Source: Clostridia bacterium
GTDB lineage: Bacteria > Bacillota > Clostridia > Christensenellales > UBA1242
Assembly (NCBI GenBank): GCA_046881985.1
Contig: JBKSMV010000014.1
Coordinates: 1 to 29,378 of the forward strand
Direction of reading: 5' to 3'
Length of the DNA: 29,378 nt
The notes beneath the pieces were generated by a model that saw nothing but the letters and a program-made list of their open reading frames with translations, was not told where the DNA came from and ran no database searches. This document shows, in pieces, positions 23,682-29,378 of the stretch; positions within the stretch are counted from its first letter, which is position 1; each line of letters starts with the position of its first letter. The position numbers and the translations under genes were made by a program.

Positions 23682-26321
23682 ATGTTTAACAAAAAAGGCA
23701 AATATGTTTATCTTTTCAGCGAAGGTAATGCTAAAATGCGTGACTTGCTTGGTGGTAAGGGCGCTAACCTCGCTGAAATGACTGGTTTGGGATTGCCAGT
23801 TCCTCAAGGTTTTACAATCACAACAGAGGCTTGTAACCAATTCTATAAGGACAACAAGACAATCAATCCTAAGATTATTGACCAAATCTATGAAGCTTTG
23901 GCAAAGGTAGAGAAGATTGCAGGAAAATCTTTCGGTGACAACGAGAATCCATTCCTAGTATCAGTACGTTCTGGTGCTCGCGCTAGTATGCCTGGCATGA
24001 TGGACACCATCTTGAACCTAGGTCTTAACGACGTAGCAGTTGAAGGTTTGGCTAAGCAAACCAACAATCCACGTTTCGCATACGACAGCTACCGCAGATT
24101 CATTCAAATGTTCTCTGACGTAGTTATGGGCGTTGAGAAGCCTAAGTTTGAAAAAATCATCGACCAACAAAAAGAGAAACTTGGTATCAAACTTGACACC
24201 GAGTTCACTGCAGAAGATTTGCAAGAGCTTATCAAACTATACAAAGAGTTGTACAAGGCTGAAAAGGGCGAAGACTTCCCACAAGACCCTAAAACACAAC
24301 TTATCTTGGCAGTTAAAGCCGTATTCAATTCATGGGATAACCCACGTGCTATCGTATACCGCCGTATGAACGATATCCCTTCAAGCTGGGGCACAGCAGT
24401 TAACGTTCAATCAATGGTATTTGGTAACATGGGCGAAGATAGCGGTACAGGTGTTGCTTTCACTCGTAACCCAGCTACTGGCGAGAAGAAACTTTATGGT
24501 GAGTACCTAATGAATGCACAAGGCGAAGACGTCGTTGCAGGTGTTCGTACTCCAAATCCAATCGCTACATTGCAAGAGCAAAATCCAGCAATTTATGCAC
24601 AATTCCAACAAATTGCTACTACTCTTGAAAAGCACTACAAAGATATGCAAGACATGGAGTTCACTATTGAAAAAGGTAAACTCTTCATGCTTCAAACTCG
24701 TAACGGTAAGCGTACTGCTTCAGCAGCACTTCAAATCGCTGTTGACCTTGTAAAAGAAGGTATGATTAGCAAGAAAGATGCTGTTATGAAGATTGAGCCA
24801 AAGTCTTTGGACGCATTGTTGCACCCAACATTTGACAAAGACTCTTTGAAGAATGCTACTATCATTGCTACTGGCTTGCCAGCAAGCCCAGGTGCAGGCT
24901 GTGGTCAAATCGTATTCACAGCAGAACGTGCTAAAGAAATCGTAGAAGCAGACAAGAATGCAAAAGTTCTACTTCTCCGTCAAGAAACTAGCCCAGAAGA
25001 CATCGAGGGTATGGTTGCATCACAAGGTATTGTCACCGCTCGTGGTGGTATGACAAGTCACGCAGCCGTTGTTGCTCGTGGTATGGGAACTGCTTGCGTA
25101 GCAGGTGTTTCTACTATGTCTATCGACGAAGAAAACAAGACTGTCAAGATTGGCGACAGAACATACAAAGAACTTGACGTTATCGCTATCGATGGTAGCA
25201 CAGGTAACGTTTATGATGGCGAAGTTAAACTTGTTCCAGCTAGCGTAACTGGCAACTTCGGCACTATCATGCAATGGGCAGACGAATATCGTCGTCTAAA
25301 AGTACGCACAAACGCAGACAACCCAAGAGATGCGGAACAAGCAGTTCGCTTCGGTGCAGAAGGTATTGGCCTTTGCCGTACAGAGCATATGTTCTTTGGC
25401 GCTGACAGAATCCCTGCAATGCGTGAAATGATTGTTGCTGACAACGAAGAAGCACGTCGTGCAGCTTTGGCTAAACTTCTACCAATGCAAAGAGCAGACT
25501 TTATCGGTATGTACGAAGCAATGGAAGAACGTCCAGTGACTATCCGTTTCTTGGATCCACCTCTACATGAATTCTTGCCACATTCTGACGAAGATATCGC
25601 CGCTTTGGCAAAAGAAATGGGCATCACTTTTGAAGCGCTCAAGGCTAAGGTTGAGTCACTACATGAATTCAACCCAATGCTTGGTCACCGTGGTTGCCGT
25701 TTGTCTATCACTTATCCAGAAATTGCAGAAATGCAAGCACGTGCTGTTATCGAAGCTGCTTGTGATGTGACTATTCGCAAGAACTATCGCATTGTTCCAG
25801 AAATCATGATTCCACTAGTTGGTGACGTGAAGGAATTGAAATACGTTAAGAGTGTTGTTGTAGAAACAGCAGAAAAAGTATTGCAAGAGAAAGGTATCCA
25901 AATGGAATACCACATTGGTACAATGATCGAGATTCCTCGTGCAGCAGTTTTGGCTGACAAGATTGCTGAAGAAGCAGAGTTCTTCTCATTCGGTACTAAC
26001 GACTTGACTCAAATGACTTTCGGCTTTAGCCGTGACGATGCTGGCGCATTCCTAAACGACTACTATGCTAAAAAGATTTTCGAGTCTGACCCATTCGCAC
26101 GTCTTGATACTGAAGGTGTTGGCGCATTGGTTGAGAATGCAGCTCGCCTTGGTAGAACTACTCGTAAGAATATCAAACTTGGTATCTGTGGTGAGCACGG
26201 TGGTGACCCATCAACTATCGAGTTCTGCGATAAGATTGGCTTAACATACGTTTCATGCTCTCCATTCCGTGTACCTATTGCACGTTTGGCAGCAGCACAA
26301 GCCGCTATCAAGAATAAATAA
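23682..26321 (+). CDS. ppdK: Pyruvate, phosphate dikinase
   Basis: LLGGKGANLAEM, SVRSGARASMPGMMDT, phospho-His GGMTSHAAVVARG, GLCRTEHMF, FSFGTNDLTQ, GICGEHGGDP. Confidence 0.98.
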   Translation: MFNKKGKYVYLFSEGNAKMRDLLGGKGANLAEMTGLGLPVPQGFTITTEACNQFYKDNKTINPKIIDQIYEALAKVEKIAGKSFGDNENPFLVSVRSGARASMPGMMDTILNLGLNDVAVEGLAKQTNNPRFAYDSYRRFIQMFSDVVMGVEKPKFEKIIDQQKEKLGIKLDTEFTAEDLQELIKLYKELYKAEKGEDFPQDPKTQLILAVKAVFNSWDNPRAIVYRRMNDIPSSWGTAVNVQSMVFGNMGEDSGTGVAFTRNPATGEKKLYGEYLMNAQGEDVVAGVRTPNPIATLQEQNPAIYAQFQQIATTLEKHYKDMQDMEFTIEKGKLFMLQTRNGKRTASAALQIAVDLVKEGMISKKDAVMKIEPKSLDALLHPTFDKDSLKNATIIATGLPASPGAGCGQIVFTAERAKEIVEADKNAKVLLLRQETSPEDIEGMVASQGIVTARGGMTSHAAVVARGMGTACVAGVSTMSIDEENKTVKIGDRTYKELDVIAIDGSTGNVYDGEVKLVPASVTGNFGTIMQWADEYRRLKVRTNADNPRDAEQAVRFGAEGIGLCRTEHMFFGADRIPAMREMIVADNEEARRAALAKLLPMQRADFIGMYEAMEERPVTIRFLDPPLHEFLPHSDEDIAALAKEMGITFEALKAKVESLHEFNPMLGHRGCRLSITYPEIAEMQARAVIEAACDVTIRKNYRIVPEIMIPLVGDVKELKYVKSVVVETAEKVLQEKGIQMEYHIGTMIEIPRAAVLADKIAEEAEFFSFGTNDLTQMTFGFSRDDAGAFLNDYYAKKIFESDPFARLDTEGVGALVENAARLGRTTRKNIKLGICGEHGGDPSTIEFCDKIGLTYVSCSPFRVPIARLAAAQAAIKNK

Positions 26322-26325
26322 AAAT

Positions 26326-26357
26326 AAAAAAGAAACTCATTTCGAGTTTCTTTTTTT
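26326..26357 (+). terminator. Intrinsic terminator after ppdK
   Basis: AAAAAAGAAACTC-ATTTC-GAGTTTCTTTTTT plus T. Confidence 0.85.
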
Positions 26358-26366
26358 ATTCCTATG

Positions 26367-26375
26367 TGCTATAAT
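26367..26375 (+). promoter_or_regulatory. Extended -10 promoter of the RNHCP gene (probably leaderless)
   Basis: TGcTATAAT; ATG 6 nt downstream; no SD; no good -35. Confidence 0.6.
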
Positions 26376-26381
26376 ATCTCT

Positions 26382-26708
26382 ATGAAAATGATTAAGAACG
26401 ATCAACCTTTTATATGTGAGTGGTGCGGTAGGGAAGTAAAACCGCTAGGCTACACTTCTCGTGACCATTGTCCATATTGCCTAGTGTCCAAGCATGTTGA
26501 TATTGTGCCGGGCGATAGAGAGAATGATTGTCAAGGTATGCTTATTCCAATAGGTGTAGAACTCAATACCAAGAAAGGCACTGTTATCAAATACAAATGC
26601 GCCAGATGCAAACAACTTCACAACAACAAGGCCAGCGACGACGACCGCCAGTCAACTCTGCTATCTATCATGAATGGTAGTTATAATGAAAATAATTTTA
26701 GAAAATAA
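26382..26708 (+). CDS. RNHCP domain protein (putative Zn-binding, function unknown)
   Basis: FICEWCG, RDHCPYCLVSKHVD, PGDR, CQGML, CARC. Start moved to ATG 26382 (26388 is also possible). Confidence 0.85.
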   Translation: MKMIKNDQPFICEWCGREVKPLGYTSRDHCPYCLVSKHVDIVPGDRENDCQGMLIPIGVELNTKKGTVIKYKCARCKQLHNNKASDDDRQSTLLSIMNGSYNENNFRK

Positions 26709-26734
26709 AAAAAGAGATTTTACATCTCTTTTTT
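26708..26734. terminator. Bidirectional intrinsic terminator between the convergent RNHCP gene and rbr
   Basis: AAAAAAGAGAT-TTTAC-ATCTCTTTTTT, with an A run on one side and a T run on the other. Confidence 0.85.
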
Positions 26735-26738
26735 GTCA

Positions 26739-27275
26739 TTATTTAGCGTCACGTTTAACTTCGAAATAAGCCTTAGGGTGAGCACATACAGGGCATAGGT
26801 CTGGAGCTTCGTTGCCTACGTGAATATGTCCACAATTTCTGCAAATCCAAGCCACTTTGCCTTCACGAGTGAAAGTTTTGCCGGTCACTAGAAGTTCAAG
26901 TAGTCTACGATATTCTTCTTCGTGAGTCTTTTCGATGGCAGCCACGCCTTCCATAGTCTTTGCTATGTCTTCATAACCTTCCTTACGAGCCACTTCTGCA
27001 AACTCTTTGTACATTGCTGTCCATTCTTCGTTTTCACCAGCGGCAGCGAGCTCAAGATTGGTCTTGGTGTCACCAATGCCATCGTGGAGTAGTTTGTACC
27101 ACAATTTAGCGTGTTCTTTCTCGTTGTCAGCAGTCTTGTTGAAGACTTCGGCAATCTCTTCATAGCCGTCTTTCTTGGCACGGCTAGCATACCAGTTGTA
27201 CTTGTTGCGAGCCATGCTTTCACCAGCCATAGCTGTCATAAGATTTTTGTATGTTTGTGAATCTTTGAATTCCAT
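26739..27275 (-). CDS. rbr: Rubrerythrin
   Basis: NLMTAMAGESMARNKY, NEKEHAK, GENEEWTAMY, IEKTHEE, rubredoxin domain WICRNCG...CPVCAHP. Confidence 0.95.
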   Translation of the reverse strand: MEFKDSQTYKNLMTAMAGESMARNKYNWYASRAKKDGYEEIAEVFNKTADNEKEHAKLWYKLLHDGIGDTKTNLELAAAGENEEWTAMYKEFAEVARKEGYEDIAKTMEGVAAIEKTHEEEYRRLLELLVTGKTFTREGKVAWICRNCGHIHVGNEAPDLCPVCAHPKAYFEVKRDAK

Positions 27276-27298
27276 AATTATTTCTCCTTTATGAGTAT

Positions 27299-27327
27299 AT
27301 ATTACTGATATTTTGCATTTTCGTCAA
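27299..27327 (-). promoter_or_regulatory. Sigma-A promoter of rbr
   Basis: On the - strand: TTGACG, 17 nt, TAATAT; SD AAGGAG. Confidence 0.7.
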
Positions 27328-27337
27328 GCGATTGAGA

Positions 27338-28624
27338 TTAGTCCTTTTTGTCATCAAAGGTTAATTTTTTTCTCTTGATATTTTTTTCATTACCATTCTT
27401 ACTAGGGTGGTAGTATATTCGGTCTTTTAGAGTGTCTGGGAGATATTGCTGTTTGACATAGCCTCCGTAATTGTGTGGATATTTATAATCTTTGCTGTCT
27501 TCAGTATGGTTTTTGAGATAAGGTGGTATCATGTCATCATGGTTGAGTTCTGCATCAACTTTTGCGCTGTCCATAGCAGACACTACCGAATTAGATTTTT
27601 CTGCTTCGCACACATAGATTATAGCGTGAGTGAGCGGAAGATTGGCCTCTGGCATGCCCATATTTTTGATAGAGTAGAGTGCACAGCATGCCAAGACAAG
27701 TGCTTGGCTATCTGCCATGCCTACGTCTTCGCTAGCATGGGCGATAAGTCGTCTTGCTATGAGTTGCGGGTCACAACCAGCACAAATCAATCTCTGACTA
27801 TAATATATCGCAGCATCGGCATCGCTACCACGTAGACTTTTGCAAAAAGCACTAAGCAGATTGTAATATGTAGTTTCGTCCACGCTGATTGTTGGCTTTT
27901 GTATGCTTTCTTCTGCGACGGCCAAATCCACATTGATTATGCCATTAGCATCAGGCTCAGTGGTCATCACAGCAATTTCTAGTGCATTGAGAGCATTACG
28001 TAGGTCGCCACCGCTACAATGAGCAAAATGTTTGAGTGCATCAGGTGTGATTTTGGCATTATAATTACCAAGACCACGAGTTTTATCATTGAGAGCACGT
28101 AGTAGAGCATCTTTGATGTCTGCATTGTTAAGTGGCTTAAACTCAAATAGTCTACAGCGGCTGACAATAGCTGGTGTCATGCTGATATTAGGATTTTCGG
28201 TAGTAGAACCAATGAAGATGATATATCCACGCTCAATGGCTTCTAATACACAATCACTTTGTGCCTTGTTCCAACGATGGCATTCGTCAAGAAGTAGGTA
28301 AGTTCGCTTTTGGTATAATTCCATATCTTTCTTGGCTTGGTCGATAATCTTCTTGGCATCGCCAACACCACTGGACACCGCATTGAGTTTAACGAACTGT
28401 CCATTCAATGTGTTGGCTATAATATGTGCCAAGGTTGTCTTGCCACAGCCGGGCGGGCCGTAAAAAATACAACTGCCAAGGCGGTTGGTTTTAATGGCGC
28501 GATTTAGCAAACAATTTGGACCCACTATATGCTTTTGGCCCACAAACTCATTGATAGAAGTGGGGCGCATACGTTCATATAATGGTGCTTGTGCTTGTGA
28601 TACTTGTTCAAAAAGATTTTCCAT
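27338..28624 (-). CDS. rarA: Replication-associated recombination protein A (RarA/MgsA AAA+ ATPase)
   Basis: PLYERMRP, GPPGCGKTT, LDECHRWNKAQSD, GSTTENP, KSLRGSD, ASEDVGMAD, YKYPH. Start moved to ATG 28624. Confidence 0.95.
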   Translation of the reverse strand: MENLFEQVSQAQAPLYERMRPTSINEFVGQKHIVGPNCLLNRAIKTNRLGSCIFYGPPGCGKTTLAHIIANTLNGQFVKLNAVSSGVGDAKKIIDQAKKDMELYQKRTYLLLDECHRWNKAQSDCVLEAIERGYIIFIGSTTENPNISMTPAIVSRCRLFEFKPLNNADIKDALLRALNDKTRGLGNYNAKITPDALKHFAHCSGGDLRNALNALEIAVMTTEPDANGIINVDLAVAEESIQKPTISVDETTYYNLLSAFCKSLRGSDADAAIYYSQRLICAGCDPQLIARRLIAHASEDVGMADSQALVLACCALYSIKNMGMPEANLPLTHAIIYVCEAEKSNSVVSAMDSAKVDAELNHDDMIPPYLKNHTEDSKDYKYPHNYGGYVKQQYLPDTLKDRIYYHPSKNGNEKNIKRKKLTFDDKKD

Positions 28625-28640
28625 ATTTTTACCTAAGCAC

Positions 28641-28669
28641 ATTATAGCATATATTAGTACAAAATACAA
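28641..28669 (-). promoter_or_regulatory. Sigma-A promoter of rarA, overlapping the 3' end of the upstream ORF
   Basis: On the - strand: TTGTAT, 17 nt, TG-extended TATAAT. Confidence 0.7.
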
Positions 28670-29346
28670 TCAACTTTTTCAATATCTTCAAGAGAGATAG
28701 GAATATTGTTAGAGAACACCTTGCTGTCTATCACATATTGATTTTTGCCATGTCCAACTTTGACATTGATCCCAAAATCTTCCACTCTAAAGTCACAATT
28801 TATATAATGTCTATTAGGGGTAATGGTTATGTTGCCATTTAGTATTTTTATGCCTAGCAATTTTTGTACAAAAAAATTGTATGGAGTATCAGTATTGTTG
28901 TAGTCATATCTTAAGCTTAAGACATTGTTGATAACTCTGTCACACTCACTTTGACAAACCTTGTCATACATGGTTTGCACAAGACTAGAACAAAAATCTA
29001 TTTTCATACACCCAGCCATAGACGGCGACAACAAAATCTCTTTGTCAACAAACACCTTGCTAATATCTGCATTATTTACTAAAAACTTTCTGCAAAAAAA
29101 TCTTACATTATCAAACTTTACTTCTGCCAACTTTAGCCCGAAAATATTTGAGTAAGCAACAATGTTATTTTTGCACATACATATTAGTTGTTTGCTAACA
29201 AAATTGTAATGCAAATTAATGCCCAATATTTTAGGTGAAAAAGATTTATTTTTTATTATTTTATTTGATTTATAATTATTTTTTATTAAAGATAAAATAT
29301 TTAATCTGTCATAAATAATTTTTTTCTCAATATTACCATTTGACAC
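28654..29346 (-). CDS. Hypothetical protein, very AT-rich; start codon uncertain
   Basis: 230-codon open frame co-oriented with rarA. No family motif confidently recognised. Confidence 0.55.
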   Translation of the reverse strand: MSNGNIEKKIIYDRLNILSLIKNNYKSNKIIKNKSFSPKILGINLHYNFVSKQLICMCKNNIVAYSNIFGLKLAEVKFDNVRFFCRKFLVNNADISKVFVDKEILLSPSMAGCMKIDFCSSLVQTMYDKVCQSECDRVINNVLSLRYDYNNTDTPYNFFVQKLLGIKILNGNITITPNRHYINCDFRVEDFGINVKVGHGKNQYVIDSKVFSNNIPISLEDIEKVDCILY

Positions 29347-29378
29347 TAAAAATAATGTTTTTATTATATTTTTATAAT

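Noticed and set aside
23655-26311. Several short alternative-frame and antisense ORFs inside ppdK and other long genes
   Set aside because: They are fully nested in well-supported genes and lack independent signals or motifs.

Overview
This is a gene-dense, AT-rich housekeeping and sporulation region of an endospore-forming Firmicute, probably Clostridia (spoIVA, yqfC/yqfD, yqzL, sigma-E-type promoters, rubrerythrin, ppdK). On the + strand the order is ddl, cdd, a topoisomerase IV-like pair (parE/parC), a DUF368 membrane protein, tRNA-Leu(GAG), a divergent MetRS-like gene, feoA-feoB, der-plsY-degV, spoIVA, a membrane-anchored Lys/Ala/Pro-rich protein, alr, rsmD, an OGG-type glycosylase, yqfC-yqfD-ybeY-era-yqzL-recO, ppdK and an RNHCP protein. 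On the - strand are rbr, rarA and an AT-rich hypothetical ORF. I saw no mobile element, CRISPR array or defence locus. The best leads are regulatory or structural. (1) A MetRS-like protein with altered Met-pocket and HIGH residues lies behind a leaderless 15-aa peptide (with QQQ) and a complete anti-antiterminator/antiterminator/terminator set. (2) An ~80-nt promoter-to-terminator structured RNA I do not recognise sits directly upstream of feoAB. (3) Several genes have ATG exactly 6 nt after an extended -10, suggesting leaderless mRNAs. (4) A single-TM protein carries a long histone-H1-like tail behind a strong promoter with phased A-tracts. (5) ParE has EGKSA instead of EGDSA in the TOPRIM motif. 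All family calls come from motif recognition by eye; no database searches or folding calculations were run.
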